Assembly (NCBI GenBank): GCA_965248835.1
Contig: CBDFLJ010000001.1
Span: forward strand, 1,056,001-1,120,000
Length of the DNA stretch: 64,000 nucleotides
Direction: 5' to 3'
Origin: Alphaproteobacteria bacterium
GTDB taxonomy: Bacteria; Pseudomonadota; Alphaproteobacteria; MPNO01
Part shown: positions 21,615-32,727 of the stretch, piece by piece
Numbering within the stretch: position 1 is the first letter of the stretch
How the letters are laid out: every line of letters begins with the position of its first letter
Program-made: the position numbers and the translations under genes
The notes under the pieces: model-generated
Database searches by the model: none
What the model was told of the DNA's origin: nothing
The model's input: only the letters and a program-made list of their open reading frames with translations

Positions 21615-22526
21615 TCAGAGCGGGTCCGGCGAAAGCCCGGTGACCGCCTCGGGCGGTTCGATGCCGCGGCGGCGGCAGGCGGCGATCACCGTGTTGCGCA
21701 ACAGGCAGGCGATGGTCATCGGCCCGACCCCGCCCGGCACCGGCGTGATCGCTCCGGCCACCGCGCGGGCGGCGGCGAAATCGACATCGCCGACCAGTCG
21801 GGTCTTGCCGTCCGGCGTCGGCACCCGGTTGATCCCGACATCGATGACCACGGCGCCGGGTTTGATCCAGCCGCCCTCGACCATGCCGGGCCGGCCGACG
21901 GCGGCGATCAGGATATCGGCCCGCCGGCAACGTTCGGCGAGGTCGCGGGTCCGCGAATGCGCGATGGTCACCGTGCAATGGGCCGCCAACAGGAGCAGGG
22001 CGACCGGCTTGCCGACGATGTTCGAGCGCCCGATCACCACCGCATCGAGCCCGGCAAGCCCGCCACAGGCGCCGCGCAGCAGGATCATGCAGCCCTGCGG
22101 CGTGCATGGCACCAGGGCATCGCGCCCGGCCGCGAGCCGGCCGATATTGACCGGGTGAAAGCCGTCGACATCCTTGGCCGGGTCGATCGCTTCGATCACC
22201 CGGTCGGCATCGATCCCCGCCGGCAGCGGGAGCTGGACCAGGATGCCGTCGACCGCAGGCTCGTCGTTGAGGCGGCCGACCAGCGCCAGCAGGTCGTCCT
22301 GGGTGGCGGTCGCGGCCAGCGTGTGCTCGATCGAGCGCAGTCCGGCTTCGGCGCAGGCGCGCACCTTGTTTCGGACATAGACCCGGCTCGCCGGGTCCTC
22401 GCCGACCAGCACGGTGGCAAGCCCCGGGGTGACCGCCCGGGGCTGGAGCGCCGCGACGGCCTCCGCCACCCGACCGCACAGCGTTGCGGCCTCCGCTTTG
22501 CCGTCAATCAGCGCGGCTTCGCCCAA
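21615..22526 (-). CDS. folD: Methylenetetrahydrofolate dehydrogenase/cyclohydrolase FolD
   Basis: [43 protein letters not shown]; TTG start after GGAGG. Confidence 0.97.
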   Translation of the reverse strand: MGEAALIDGKAEAATLCGRVAEAVAALQPRAVTPGLATVLVGEDPASRVYVRNKVRACAEAGLRSIEHTLAATATQDDLLALVGRLNDEPAVDGILVQLPLPAGIDADRVIEAIDPAKDVDGFHPVNIGRLAAGRDALVPCTPQGCMILLRGACGGLAGLDAVVIGRSNIVGKPVALLLLAAHCTVTIAHSRTRDLAERCRRADILIAAVGRPGMVEGGWIKPGAVVIDVGINRVPTPDGKTRLVGDVDFAAARAVAGAITPVPGGVGPMTIACLLRNTVIAACRRRGIEPPEAVTGLSPDPL

Positions 22527-22597
22527 CGGCCTCCTCCGGCGGAGCGTCGGCGGCAAACGGTACGTTGTCCGCGGCGGGCGGGCGCAACACGCCGGCC

Positions 22598-22900
22598 TTA
22601 CGCCCCGACCTGGAACGCCAGACGACGCAGCACGTCGCGGACGAACCAGATCCCCAGCAGGAGCACGAGCGGCGAGATGTCCAGACCGCCGAGATTGGGC
22701 AGGAAGCGCCGGATCGGCGCCAGCAGCGGCTCGGTCAGGCGGTAGAGGATGTCGGCGACCACATAGACCGCCCGGTTGGCGGTCTGCAACACGTTGAAGG
22801 AGATCAGCCAGCTCACCGCCACGGTGAAGATCAACACCCAGACATACAGCCCGAGAACGATATCGATCAGTGCGAAAAGAGGTCCGAGGATCACGCTCAT
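22598..22900 (-). CDS. yggT: YggT family membrane protein
   Basis: [31 protein letters not shown]. Confidence 0.93.
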   Translation of the reverse strand: MSVILGPLFALIDIVLGLYVWVLIFTVAVSWLISFNVLQTANRAVYVVADILYRLTEPLLAPIRRFLPNLGGLDISPLVLLLGIWFVRDVLRRLAFQVGA

Positions 22901-23112
22901 GGTCGACGGGCTCGCGGTTTTGGAATGACGTGCGCACGCGCGCAGCAGGCGGTCGGACGGCTGGCGCGACCCTAGCCGCAGCCCGATGGGCGCGCAAGCG
23001 TTTCACCGGCCCTCGCCCGCCTCGCCGGCCGGCCGCGAATGAGCGCTACGCCGCGCCCGGCGGGTTTGATATCCTCGGCGAAACCGTCGGGAGCCCGCTC
23101 GTGATCCAAGCC

Positions 23113-24276
23113 ATGCCGCGTTTCGGGGTCTTCCTTGGCCCCTTCCATGCCCTGAACGAGAACCCGACGCTGATGCTCGAGCGCGACCTTGCGCTGATCG
23201 TTCTGCTGGACCGGCTGGGGTTCGATGAGGCCTGGATCGGCGAGCACCATTCGGGCGGGTTCGAGATCATCGCCGCGCCGGAGATCTTCATCGCGGCGGC
23301 GGCGCGGGAAACCGGCCGGATCCGGCTCGGCACCGGGGTGAAGTCGCTGCCCTACACCCACCCGTTCATGCTCGCCGATGCGATGGTGCAGCTCGACCAC
23401 ATGACCCGCGGGCGGGCGATGTTCGGGGTCGGACCCGGTGCGCTGCCGTCCGATGCCGCGCAGATGGGAATCGACGCGCGCCGCACCCGGCGGATGATGA
23501 ACGAGGCGCTGGAGGTGATCATCCCGCTGCTCGAAGGCGAGCGGGTGAGCGCCAAGACCGACTGGTTCACGCTGCAGGATGCGAAGCTGCAGATCGCCCC
23601 CTACACCCGGCCGCGCATGGAGATGGCGGTGACCACGATCCGCTCGCCCGCGGGCGCGCTGCTCGCCGGCCGCCACGGGCTCGGCCTGCTGTCGCTGGGC
23701 GGGCATTCGGACGAGGCGCTGGCGGCCTACGCGCGGAACTGGCGGATCTACGAGGAGGCCGCACAAGCCCACGGCCATCGGGCGGACCGGCGCGGCTTTC
23801 GCATCGCGGTGCAGATGCACATCGCCGAGACCCGCGAACAGGCGCTGCAGGACATCCGGTTCGGCGTCGAGGCCTGGGGCGGCTATGCCCGCGACGTGCT
23901 GCCGCTCGGCCCGGTGCCGAAGGAGGTGCGCGACGTCGGGGCGTTCATCGTCGAGAACCGCGGCGCGATCGTCGGCACGCCGGACGACGCGATCCGCGAG
24001 ATCCAGCGCATGCAGACCGGCTCCGGCGGGTTCGGCGTGGTCATGTTCATGTGCCACGACTGGGCCGACTGGCCGGCGACGCAGCGCAGCTACGAGCTGT
24101 TCGCACGCCATGTGATCCCGCATTTCCGGGACCAGTTCGCCGCCCGGCAGGACAGCTACGACGACGCCGCTTCCCGCCAGCCGGAATTCCGCGCCGCGGC
24201 GCTCGACGGCGTGGTCGCGGCCACCGAGCAGTACGAAGCCGGGCCGGCTACCAGAAGCCGTCGTGGGCAGCGATGA
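23113..24276 (+). CDS. LLM-class monooxygenase (limonene 1,2-monooxygenase-like)
   Basis: FGVFLGPFH, WIGEHHSGGFE, LDHMTRGRAMFGVGPGALPSDA, HDWAD. Confidence 0.9.
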   Translation: MPRFGVFLGPFHALNENPTLMLERDLALIVLLDRLGFDEAWIGEHHSGGFEIIAAPEIFIAAAARETGRIRLGTGVKSLPYTHPFMLADAMVQLDHMTRGRAMFGVGPGALPSDAAQMGIDARRTRRMMNEALEVIIPLLEGERVSAKTDWFTLQDAKLQIAPYTRPRMEMAVTTIRSPAGALLAGRHGLGLLSLGGHSDEALAAYARNWRIYEEAAQAHGHRADRRGFRIAVQMHIAETREQALQDIRFGVEAWGGYARDVLPLGPVPKEVRDVGAFIVENRGAIVGTPDDAIREIQRMQTGSGGFGVVMFMCHDWADWPATQRSYELFARHVIPHFRDQFAARQDSYDDAASRQPEFRAAALDGVVAATEQYEAGPATRSRRGQR

Positions 24277-24724
24277 TCTCGGCTTCGAGCGCGGGGTAGG
24301 GGCCGCGGATCCGGACGTTGCGCCGGCCGGCGGCGAGGACCTTGCGGCAGCCCAGATCCATGGTCGGGTTCTCCGGGTTGTCGCCGGTCAGCGCAGCCAG
24401 ACGGCTCTCGGCCAGGCCGTAGACCAGGGTTCCGATCCCGGCCCAGTAGATGCCGCCGGCGCACATGCTGCACGGCTCGACCGAGGTCACCAGCGTGCAG
24501 GTCTCGAGCACCTCAGGCTCGAACAGAAGCACCGCCTGGCGGGCGAGGTTGAGCTCGGCGTGGCCGATACTCTTCTCGGTCCGGTAGGTGTTGCCGCATT
24601 CGAGCGCGATCCCGCCGTCGGCATCGACCAGCAGCGCGCCGAAGGGGTGGTTTCCCGAGCGCCGCGCTTGGTGTGAGATCCGGATCGCCTCGCGGAGATA
24701 GTCGATGTCGGTGCGCGGCGCCAT
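24248..24724 (-). CDS. Nucleoside/guanine deaminase (cytidine deaminase fold)
   Basis: NHPFGA, HAE and EPCSMC zinc motifs. Confidence 0.9.
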   Translation of the reverse strand: MAPRTDIDYLREAIRISHQARRSGNHPFGALLVDADGGIALECGNTYRTEKSIGHAELNLARQAVLLFEPEVLETCTLVTSVEPCSMCAGGIYWAGIGTLVYGLAESRLAALTGDNPENPTMDLGCRKVLAAGRRNVRIRGPYPALEAEIIAAHDGFW

Positions 24725-24732
24725 CGCGCGCC

Positions 24733-25396
24733 TCACGCCGGCCCGGGCAGATCCGCCAGGGCGCCGGCGATCGTGCGCTCGTACGCCCTGACCGCGGCGG
24801 CCGGCCCGTCGGGATGGTCCCACACGCCTGAGGCGACGGCCAGGAAATCCGCGCCGGCGGCGGCCACCGGGCCGCAGTTCTGCGCGGTGATGCCGCCGAT
24901 GGCAACGCACGGCACGGTCGCCACCTGCTGCCAGGTCCCCAGGATATCGAGGCTCGCCGGCGTGGTGACGCCCTTTGTCCGGCTGGCGAAGAATGCTCCG
25001 AACGCGACATAGTCGGCGCCGGCCTCGGCCGCCTCCATCGCCAGGTGATAGGAGCTCTTGCAGGTCACGCCGACGATTGCGTCTGCACCCAGCGCCGCGC
25101 GAGCCTCGGCATAGGGCACGTCGTCCTGGCCGACATGGACACCGTCGCAGCCGGTGAGCCCGGCGAGGTCGGGCCGGTCGTTCATGATGAAGGCGATGTC
25201 GCGCGACTGCGCCACGGGGGCGAGGCGCCGGGCGGCTTCGATGACCGCCTCGTCGCCGGTGTCCTTCAGCCGGAGCTGGACGCAGGCCACATCGCCCGCA
25301 TCCAGCGCCGCGGCCAGGGTCTCCGAAAAAGCCCCCGGGCCGCCCGGACCGAGGTCAGGCGGCGTGATCAGATACAGCCTGCAGGTCCGTTGGATG
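24733..25396 (-). CDS. thiE: Thiamine phosphate synthase; start codon unclear
   Basis: [43 protein letters not shown]. Confidence 0.9.
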
Positions 25397-26314
25397 AGCC
25401 TTGCCCTGGTAGATCTTGATGATCGAATCGAGCATCGCCAGCGCCTCTTCGCGCGGCCGCTGGAAGGAGTTGCGCCCGATGATCGAGCCGTTGCCGCCGC
25501 CGTCGCGGATCGCCCGCACCTCGCGGTAGATACCCTCGAGGTCCTTTGCCTCGCCGCCGGAGAAGACGACGATCCGCCGGCCGTTGAAGCAGGACTGCAC
25601 GACATGGGCGATCCTGGCCGACAGATCGGCGATCTCGATCCGCTGGGTCTCGTAGACCTTCTTCGCCGCATCGAGGAACAACGCATCGGTGGGCGGCTTG
25701 ACCTTGACGATATGAGCGCCCATCAGGCAGGCCAAGTGGGCGGCGTAGGCGCAGATGTCCATCGCCGTCTCGCCCTCCTTGGACAGCGCGCCGCCGCGCG
25801 GATAGGACCAGATCACGGTGGCGATGCCGGCGGCCTTGGCCTCTTCGGACAGCTCGCGGATCTCCTCCATCATCTCGTACTGGTCCTCGGAGCCCGGATA
25901 GATCGTAAAGCCGATCGCCGAGCAGCCGAGCCTGAGCGCATCACCCACCGTGCCGTAGACCGCCTGGTCCTTGTTGGTCGAAAGGCTGTTGGCGCTGTTG
26001 AGCTTGAGAATGGTCGGGACTGCGCCGGCGTAGGTGTCCGCACCCGCCTCGATCATGCCCAAGGGCGCCGCAAAGGCGCTGAGCCCGGCATCGATGGCGA
26101 GCTGGAAATGGTAATGCGGGTCGTAGCCCGCCGGGTTGGACGCAAAACTGCGGGCCGGGCCGTGTTCGAAGCCCTGGTCGACGGGCAGGATCACCAGCCG
26201 CCCGGTGCCGCCGAGTTTGCCGTTCATCAGGATCCTGGCGAGGTTCGCCTTGGTGCCCGGGTTGTCGCTCTCGTAGCCGGCGAGGATCTTCCTGACCTTC
26301 TGCGTCACCTTCAT
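25355..26314 (-). CDS. fbaB: Class I fructose-bisphosphate aldolase (DhnA type)
   Basis: [41 protein letters not shown]. Confidence 0.95.
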   Translation of the reverse strand: MKVTQKVRKILAGYESDNPGTKANLARILMNGKLGGTGRLVILPVDQGFEHGPARSFASNPAGYDPHYHFQLAIDAGLSAFAAPLGMIEAGADTYAGAVPTILKLNSANSLSTNKDQAVYGTVGDALRLGCSAIGFTIYPGSEDQYEMMEEIRELSEEAKAAGIATVIWSYPRGGALSKEGETAMDICAYAAHLACLMGAHIVKVKPPTDALFLDAAKKVYETQRIEIADLSARIAHVVQSCFNGRRIVVFSGGEAKDLEGIYREVRAIRDGGGNGSIIGRNSFQRPREEALAMLDSIIKIYQGKAHPTDLQAVSDHAA

Positions 26315-26377
26315 ATCAGGGGGCCTCCATCCAGGATCAACCGGTCACACCATGCCATAAATGGCAACGCCGTTGCG

Positions 26378-26827
26378 TCAATAATCGGTCAATTTACACT
26401 GATCGGGTCGGCCCACAAGGCCGGCCAGCAACGCGGTGACGGCCTCGACGGGATCGGCGGTGCCGTCGAGATCGAGCGCCGGCCTCCGATCGCGGTCGAG
26501 CCGCGCGCCCCGGGCGGCGGCGGCGGCGGCCAGCCTGCGCCGCATCGGGGCCGGGCCGTCGTACCGGACGGCCTCGATTCCACGGCGCAGCGCCGCCAGC
26601 ACATCGCCCGGCGACTCGCCGCAATCCAGCACCGCCTCGACCACAGCGGACGGATGAGCGCGCCGGGCCTGGGCGATCACCTCGGCGAACCAAGCCGGCC
26701 CCGCATAGCCCGCCGCCCCGGGGGCGCTGAGGACCCGCACCGGACGACCGGTCGCCACGGCCGCAGCGGCGGCCGCAAGCGCGTGCTCCAAGCTGTGAAT
26801 GATCACCGATTTCGGCGGCCTGGCCAT
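26378..26827 (-). CDS. Hypothetical protein of the type seen upstream of fba in Rhodospirillales
   Basis: 149 aa; IIHSLEHA, LSAPGAAGYAGPAWF, LDCGESPG motifs; coding-like bias. Confidence 0.65.
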   Translation of the reverse strand: MARPPKSVIIHSLEHALAAAAAAVATGRPVRVLSAPGAAGYAGPAWFAEVIAQARRAHPSAVVEAVLDCGESPGDVLAALRRGIEAVRYDGPAPMRRRLAAAAAARGARLDRDRRPALDLDGTADPVEAVTALLAGLVGRPDQCKLTDY

Positions 26828-26890
26828 ATGCCATCGTGGCCGCCCGGCACGGCCGGATCAACGATTCCCCCGCTCTTGGGGCCTGATTTG

Positions 26891-26920
26891 TTGACCGCAC
26901 GCGGACCGCGAGCGTAAGCT
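26891..26920 (+). promoter_or_regulatory. Sigma70-type promoter for DUF4164-zapA-ssrS
   Basis: TTGACC-18 bp-TAAGCT. Confidence 0.5.
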
Positions 26921-26960
26921 GATTGCCCCCGCAGCCTTGCCGGAGGCGCCGGACCGCTCC

Positions 26961-27161
26961 ATGACGCGAATCGACGAAGCCCAGGAAAGGCTCGCCACGG
27001 CGCTCACCAGGCTGGAGAAGGCCGCGCGCAACCGGCCGTTGCCGGAGGGTGCGCTCGCCGAGGCCGAGGCGCGCTACGACCGGCTGCAGAGCGAGGCGCG
27101 CGCGGTTTCCGAGCGCCTCGACCGCACGATCGAGCGGGTGCGCGGCCTCCTTGGGCGCTGA
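26961..27161 (+). CDS. Small coiled-coil protein upstream of zapA (DUF4164/ZauP-like)
   Basis: Coiled coil ending VSERLDRTIERVRGLL; conserved position. Confidence 0.75.
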   Translation: MTRIDEAQERLATALTRLEKAARNRPLPEGALAEAEARYDRLQSEARAVSERLDRTIERVRGLLGR

Positions 27162-27179
27162 TCGGAGGGACGCGCCGCG

Positions 27180-27527
27180 ATGCCGCAGGTCGAGGTGACC
27201 ATCAACGGACGCCGCTACCAGATCGCCTGCGAAGAGGGCCAGGAGGATCACCTGTCCGGTCTCGCCGGCTATCTCGACGACCGCGTCCGGGAGCTGGTCG
27301 CGGCGATCGGCCAGGTCGGCGACGCGAGGCTCCTGGTGATGTCCAACCTGCTGGTGGCCGACGAGCTGTCGGAAGCGTATTCGATACTGTCCAAGGCCGG
27401 GCTCCAGCCGCGGAGGGAAGGATCGCCCGCGGCCCGGATGGACGCGCGCGATGCCGGGCTCGCCGAGCGCATCGAATCCCTTGCCGAGCGCATAGAGGGT
27501 GTTGCGGCCGCGCTCGAGCAGGCCTAA
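27180..27527 (+). CDS. zapA: Cell division protein ZapA
   Basis: VTINGRRYQIACEEGQEDHL, LLVMSNLLVADEL. Confidence 0.95.
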   Translation: MPQVEVTINGRRYQIACEEGQEDHLSGLAGYLDDRVRELVAAIGQVGDARLLVMSNLLVADELSEAYSILSKAGLQPRREGSPAARMDARDAGLAERIESLAERIEGVAAALEQA

Positions 27528-27535
27528 ACATCTCC

Positions 27536-27697
27536 TGGGCGGGGCTGCCCGGTTCGCGAAACCATTTATCCCTGGGGCCAATATCAACCTCTCGGGAGCC
27601 GTCCCTGCCGGGGTTGTGGCCTCGGCACATGGCGCCCACCTGCCAAAGCAGGCCGCGGAGGATATGTATGGCCGGTCGGCCGCTGCGGCTCCGCCCA
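27536..27697 (+). ncRNA. ssrS: 6S RNA
   Basis: Lies between zapA and ygfA; terminal stem TGGGCGGGGCTGC/GCGGCTCCGCCCA; CCCTGGGGCC, GGGAGCCGTCCCTG and ATGGCGCCCACCTG blocks. Confidence 0.88.
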
Positions 27698-27738
27698 CCG
27701 CCCGGCCGAGCCCTGCGCAAGGGAGACCGCGCATCCGT

Positions 27739-28335
27739 GTCACCAGCCTTCGGGAGGCCAAGCGTGCCCTGCGCGCCGAGATGGCCGCCACCCGCGCGGC
27801 CTGGAACGGCGATCAAGCGGCCGCTGCGCTGGCGCTGCGCGACCAGTTTCTCGCGCTGTTCGTCGACGCGGCACCGCCGTCGGTGGCCGCCGGCTATTGG
27901 CCGATAGGAGACGAGCTCGACCCGCGCCCTCTGCTGGACGCGCTTTGCGGGCGCGGCTGGACCTGCGCGCTGCCGGTGGTCGTCGCGCGTGGCGAGCCGT
28001 TGTCCTTCCGGCGCTGGCGGCCGGGTGATCGGCTGGTCACTGCCGGCTTCGGGCTCAGTGAGCCGCACCCGGACGCCCCGGATGCGGTGCCCGATATCGT
28101 GATCGCGCCGATGCTCGCGGCCGACCCGGCCGGGCGCAGGCTGGGCTATGGCGGCGGGTTCTATGACCGGACCGTCGGCAAGCTGCGCGCGGCATCGACG
28201 GTGACGGTGGTTGCGATCGGCTATGATGTGCAGATCCGCGGCGCGGTGCCCGCCAGCGCCACCGACCAGCGGGTCGACTGGGTGCTGAGCGAAGCGCGCA
28301 CGGTGCGCTGCAGCACTGCACGGCAGGGAAGGTGA
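27739..28335 (+). CDS. ygfA: 5-formyltetrahydrofolate cyclo-ligase; start uncertain
   Basis: KRALRAEM, YWPIGDELD, ALPVV, RLGYGGGFYDRT; nearest RBS-linked GTG (27737) is out of frame. Confidence 0.9.
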   Translation, partial: VTSLREAKRALRAEMAATRAAWNGDQAAAALALRDQFLALFVDAAPPSVAAGYWPIGDELDPRPLLDALCGRGWTCALPVVVARGEPLSFRRWRPGDRLVTAGFGLSEPHPDAPDAVPDIVIAPMLAADPAGRRLGYGGGFYDRTVGKLRAASTVTVVAIGYDVQIRGAVPASATDQRVDWVLSEARTVRCSTARQGR

Positions 28336-29160
28336 ATGCGGATACTGTTTTGCGGCGACGTGGTCGGACGGTCCGGCCGCACGGTCGTCACCCGGCGCCT
28401 GCCGGAGCTGCGGCAATCGCTCGACCTCGATTTTGTTGTGGTCAACGGCGAGAACGCGGCCGGCGGGTTCGGCATCACGCCGAAGATTTGCGAGGATCTG
28501 TTCGCCGCCGGGGCCGATGCGATCACCACCGGCAACCACGTCTTCGATCAGCGCGAGATCATCCCCCATTTCGACCGCGAGCCGCGCCTGCTCAGGCCCG
28601 ACAACTACCCCAAGCCGACGCCCGGCAGGGGCACCGGCGTCTTCGCGGACCGGCGTGGCCGCAAGGTCCTGATCCTGCACATGATGGGGCGGCTGTTCAT
28701 GGACCCGCTGGACGACCCGTTCGCCTTCGCGGCTGCGGCGCTGGAGCGCGACGGGCTGGCCCGCACGGTGCATGCGATCCTGGTCGACTTCCACGGCGAG
28801 GCGACGAGCGAGAAGATGGCCATGGGCCATTATCTCGACGGCCGGGTCTCGCTGGTCGTGGGCACCCACACCCATGTGCCGACGGCCGATGCCCAGATCC
28901 TGCCCGGCGGCACCGGCTACCAGAGCGACATCGGCATGTGCGGCGACTACGATTCGGTGATCGGCATGAAGAAGGCGGTCTCGGTGGAGCGCTTCGTGCG
29001 CAAGATGCCGACCCAGCGGCTGGAGGCCGCCGACGGCCCGGCGACGCTGTGCGCGACCTTCGTCGAGCTCGACGACGCCTCCGGCCTGACCAGGCGCATC
29101 GCTCCGGTGCGTCTGGGCGGGCGTCTGGCCGAATCGGTGCCCGAGATCCGTCCCGGCTGA
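28336..29160 (+). CDS. ymdB: TIGR00282/YmdB-family metallophosphoesterase
   Basis: GDVVG, NGENAAGGFG, GNH, DFHGEATSEK, GTHTHVPT. Confidence 0.95.
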   Translation: MRILFCGDVVGRSGRTVVTRRLPELRQSLDLDFVVVNGENAAGGFGITPKICEDLFAAGADAITTGNHVFDQREIIPHFDREPRLLRPDNYPKPTPGRGTGVFADRRGRKVLILHMMGRLFMDPLDDPFAFAAAALERDGLARTVHAILVDFHGEATSEKMAMGHYLDGRVSLVVGTHTHVPTADAQILPGGTGYQSDIGMCGDYDSVIGMKKAVSVERFVRKMPTQRLEAADGPATLCATFVELDDASGLTRRIAPVRLGGRLAESVPEIRPG

Positions 29161-29333
29161 GCCGAATCGTCATTTCGCAACAGGGAATTACCGAAAAGCC
29201 CAATTCTTGCCATATTGGCCTGATACCGGCGTGAGGCCTGATCACGCGGTTTCCGGAATCGGCCGGGTTGGTGTAGTCTCCGCGCCGCCCGTCCAGGATC
29301 GGACACCGGAGTCCCCAGGCGGTTCGAGGTTGC

Positions 29334-30083
29334 ATGGCCGGTCATTCCAAATTCAAGAACATCATGCACCGCAAGGGCGCGCAGGACGCCAAGCGCGCCA
29401 AGCTGTTCACCCGCCTGATCCGCGAGCTTACCGTCGCGGCCCGATCCGGCCTGCCCGACCCGGAGCAGAACCCACGGCTGCGCGCAGCGATGCTGTCGGC
29501 GAAGGCGGCCAACATGGGCGGGGATACGATCGAACGCGCGATCCGGCGCGGCTCCAGCGCCGAGGAAGGCGAGCAGTATGACGAGGTCCGCTACGAGGGC
29601 TATGGACCGGCCGGGGTCGCGATCATCGTCGAGGCGCTGACCGGCAACCGCAACCGCACCGCGAGCGAGGTCCGCACGGCGTTCGCCAAGCACGGCGGCA
29701 CACTGGGCGAGACCAACAGCGTCGCGTTCATGTTCGAGCGCGTCGGGATGATACAGTTCCCGCTGAACAAAGCGTCCGCCGAGGAGATGTTCGAGGCCGC
29801 GCTCGAGGCCGGCGCGAGCGAGATCGATACCTCCGGTGACGGCCACGAGGTGCTGTGCGCGCCCGACGACTTCAACGACGTGCGCGAGGCGCTGGAAGGC
29901 CGCTTCGAGGGGGCCGAGAGCGCCGCGCTGTCCTGGCGGCCGCAGACCACGGTCGATCTCGACGAGGACAGCGCAGGCCGGCTCTTCAAGCTGCTCGATG
30001 TCCTGGAGGACAACGACGACGTCCAATCGGTGGCGACGAATTTCAGCGTCTCCGACGACGTGGCAGCGAAGCTGACCGGCTAA
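29334..30083 (+). CDS. yebC: YebC/PmpR family protein
   Basis: [27 protein letters not shown]. Confidence 0.97.
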   Translation: MAGHSKFKNIMHRKGAQDAKRAKLFTRLIRELTVAARSGLPDPEQNPRLRAAMLSAKAANMGGDTIERAIRRGSSAEEGEQYDEVRYEGYGPAGVAIIVEALTGNRNRTASEVRTAFAKHGGTLGETNSVAFMFERVGMIQFPLNKASAEEMFEAALEAGASEIDTSGDGHEVLCAPDDFNDVREALEGRFEGAESAALSWRPQTTVDLDEDSAGRLFKLLDVLEDNDDVQSVATNFSVSDDVAAKLTG

Positions 30084-30110
30084 GCGGATGAAGGGCGGCG
30101 GAATTTCGAC

Positions 30111-30620
30111 ATGAGACTCCTCGGGCTCGATCCCGGCCTGCGCGCCACCGGTTGGGGCGTGATCGACGCGGCGGCGAACCGGCTCCGCCATGTCGCACAC
30201 GGGACCATCCTCCCGCCGCGCGAGGGCACGCTGGCCGAGCGCCTGGCCGCGCTCTACCGGGCGCTGGTCGCGGTCATCGAGGCCCAGAGGCCCGACGAGG
30301 CGGCGGTCGAGGAGACCTTCGTCAACCGCAATCCGGCGTCCACCTTGCTACTCGGCCAGGCCCGCGGGGTGGTGCTGCTGGCGCCTGCCGAAGCCGGGAT
30401 CGTGGTCGCGGAGTACCCGGCGAACCTGGTCAAGAAATCGCTGGTCGGCGCCGGCCACGCCGATAAGCGCCAGATCGCCGCCATGGTGGAGGCGCTCCTT
30501 CCCGGCACCGGGGCGGTCGCCGGCGACGCCGCCGATGCGCTGGCGGTCGCGATCTGCCATGCCCATCACCGCGCGACCCGGCGGCGCTGGGCGGACGCCC
30601 AGGCGGAGGCGCTTCCGTGA
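30111..30620 (+). CDS. ruvC: Holliday junction resolvase RuvC
   Basis: [32 protein letters not shown]. Confidence 0.97.
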   Translation: MRLLGLDPGLRATGWGVIDAAANRLRHVAHGTILPPREGTLAERLAALYRALVAVIEAQRPDEAAVEETFVNRNPASTLLLGQARGVVLLAPAEAGIVVAEYPANLVKKSLVGAGHADKRQIAAMVEALLPGTGAVAGDAADALAVAICHAHHRATRRRWADAQAEALP

Positions 30621-31222
30621 TCGCCAAGCTGTCCGGCACGCTCGATTCGGCTGGCGAGGATTCGCTGATCGTCGATGTCGGCGGCGTCGGCTATCTGGTG
30701 TTCTGCTCGATGAGAACCCGCGAGGCGCTGCCCGGGCCTGGCGAGCCGATGAGCCTCCATATCGAGACCCATGTCCGCGAGGACCATATCCACCTCTACG
30801 GCTTCGCGGCCGCCGCCGAGCGCGAGTGGTTCCGGCTGCTGACCACCGTCCAGGGGGTGGGCGCCCGCGTCGCGCTGGCGATCCTGTCGGCGCTCAGCCC
30901 CGAACGGCTGTCCGATGCGCTGATCGGCGCAGACCGGGCGATGCTGACCCATGCGCCCGGCGTCGGCCCGAAGCTCGCCGGGCGGATCGTCTCCGAGCTC
31001 AAGGACAAGGTCGCGGTCGTCGACGGGCCGCTGGCCGGGTTTGCCGCCGTGCCGCCGGCCGAACGGCCGGCGGCGCTCGACGACGCGGTCTCGGCCCTGG
31101 TCAATCTGGGCTATAGCCGCGGCGATGCCTTCGGCGCGGTTGCCCAGGCCGCCCGCGGCCTCGGCCCGGGTGTCGCGGTCGAGTCATTGATCCGCGCCGG
31201 GTTGCGGGAGCTCAGCGCATGA
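30617..31222 (+). CDS. ruvA: Holliday junction branch migration protein RuvA
   Basis: DVGGVGY, HVRED...LYGF, VQGVG, PGVGPK. Confidence 0.97.
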   Translation: MIAKLSGTLDSAGEDSLIVDVGGVGYLVFCSMRTREALPGPGEPMSLHIETHVREDHIHLYGFAAAAEREWFRLLTTVQGVGARVALAILSALSPERLSDALIGADRAMLTHAPGVGPKLAGRIVSELKDKVAVVDGPLAGFAAVPPAERPAALDDAVSALVNLGYSRGDAFGAVAQAARGLGPGVAVESLIRAGLRELSA

Positions 31223-32274
31223 ACGAGCCCGGCCCGGTCGACCCCGACTACCATGCCGAGAGCGATTCCGGCGAGGGTGTGCTCCGCCCGCGCCAGCTCA
31301 CCGACTTCATCGGACAGGCCCAGCTCCGGCGCAACCTGGCGGTGTTCATCGAGGCCGCCCGGAGCCGGGGGGACGCCTTGGACCACGTCCTGCTGCACGG
31401 CCCGCCGGGGCTCGGCAAGACGACGCTGGCCCATATCATCGCGCGCGAGCTCGGCGTGGGATTCCGTGCCACTTCCGGCCCGGTGCTCGCAAAGGCCGGC
31501 GACCTGGCCGCGGTGCTGACCAATCTCGAGCGGCGCGACGTCCTGTTCATCGACGAGATCCACCGCCTAAACCCGGCCGTGGAGGAGATCCTCTATCCGG
31601 CGATGGAGGATTTCCAGCTCGACCTGATGATCGGCGAGGGGCCGGCGGCGCGCTCTGTCAGGATCGACCTGGCACGGTTCACCCTGATCGGGGCGACCAC
31701 CCGGTCCGGGCTGGTGGCGACGCCGCTGCGCGATCGGTTCGGCATCCCGCTGCGACTGGATTTCTATACCGCCGCCGAGCTCGAAGTGATCGTCACCCGC
31801 GCGGCCGGACTGCTGGATGTCGCCGTGTCGGGCGACGGCGCGGCGGAAATCGCCAGGCGGTCGCGCGGCACGCCGCGGATCGCCGGGCGCCTGCTGCGCC
31901 GGCTGCGCGATTTTGCCGCCGTCGAAGGTGCGGTCCGGATCGATGCGGCAATGGCCGACGAAGGCCTGCGCCGGCTGGAGGTCGACCGGCTCGGGCTCGA
32001 CATGATGGACCGGCGCTATCTTGCGACCATCGCCGAACACTATGGCGGCGGGCCGGTCGGGGCCGACACGCTGGCCGCTTCCCTGTCCGAGCAGCGCGAT
32101 GCGATCGAGGAAGTCATCGAGCCTTTCCTGATCCAGCAGGGGCTGGTCCAGCGCACCTCGCGCGGACGGGTGCTGGGCGATGCCGGCTGGCGCCATCTGG
32201 GCCTCGCCGCGCCGGCGGGCGCGAACAGCCAGCTCGACCTGCTGCGTGATGCGGAGGCGGCCGATGATGCCTGA
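31219..32274 (+). CDS. ruvB: Holliday junction helicase RuvB
   Basis: [32 protein letters not shown]. Confidence 0.98.
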   Translation: MNEPGPVDPDYHAESDSGEGVLRPRQLTDFIGQAQLRRNLAVFIEAARSRGDALDHVLLHGPPGLGKTTLAHIIARELGVGFRATSGPVLAKAGDLAAVLTNLERRDVLFIDEIHRLNPAVEEILYPAMEDFQLDLMIGEGPAARSVRIDLARFTLIGATTRSGLVATPLRDRFGIPLRLDFYTAAELEVIVTRAAGLLDVAVSGDGAAEIARRSRGTPRIAGRLLRRLRDFAAVEGAVRIDAAMADEGLRRLEVDRLGLDMMDRRYLATIAEHYGGGPVGADTLAASLSEQRDAIEEVIEPFLIQQGLVQRTSRGRVLGDAGWRHLGLAAPAGANSQLDLLRDAEAADDA

Positions 32275-32725
32275 CTCCGGCCGGTTCGACGGCGCCGAGC
32301 ATGTCTACGGCCTGCGGGTCTATTACGAGGACACCGATGCCGCCGGCGTGGTCTATTACGCCGACTACCTGCGCATGGCCGAGCGCGCGCGCATCGAGAT
32401 GATGCGGCTGCTGGGTGCCGGGCATGCGGCAATGGCCGCCGAGCACGGGCTGATGCTGGCGGTGCGGGAATGTTCGGTCGAATATTTCGCACCGGCGCGG
32501 CTCGACGACATCGTCGAGATCCGCAGCCGGCTGACCGGGACCGGCGGCGCATCGATCCGACTCGAGCAGGTCTTCCGCCGCGGCACGACCGAGCTGGCGC
32601 GGCTGCGCCTGCGGCTGGGCTGCGTCGGCGGAGCCAGGCAGCCGGCCCGCCTGCCGTCCTCCGTGCGCGCGGCGCTCGCGCGCCTGGAATCCGATTTCAT
32701 GCCTGCCCAGAAACAGCGAGCCTGA
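32264..32725 (+). CDS. ybgC: Tol-pal-associated acyl-CoA thioesterase YbgC
   Basis: [18 protein letters not shown]. Confidence 0.93.
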   Translation: MMPDSGRFDGAEHVYGLRVYYEDTDAAGVVYYADYLRMAERARIEMMRLLGAGHAAMAAEHGLMLAVRECSVEYFAPARLDDIVEIRSRLTGTGGASIRLEQVFRRGTTELARLRLRLGCVGGARQPARLPSSVRAALARLESDFMPAQKQRA

Positions 32726-32727
32726 CC

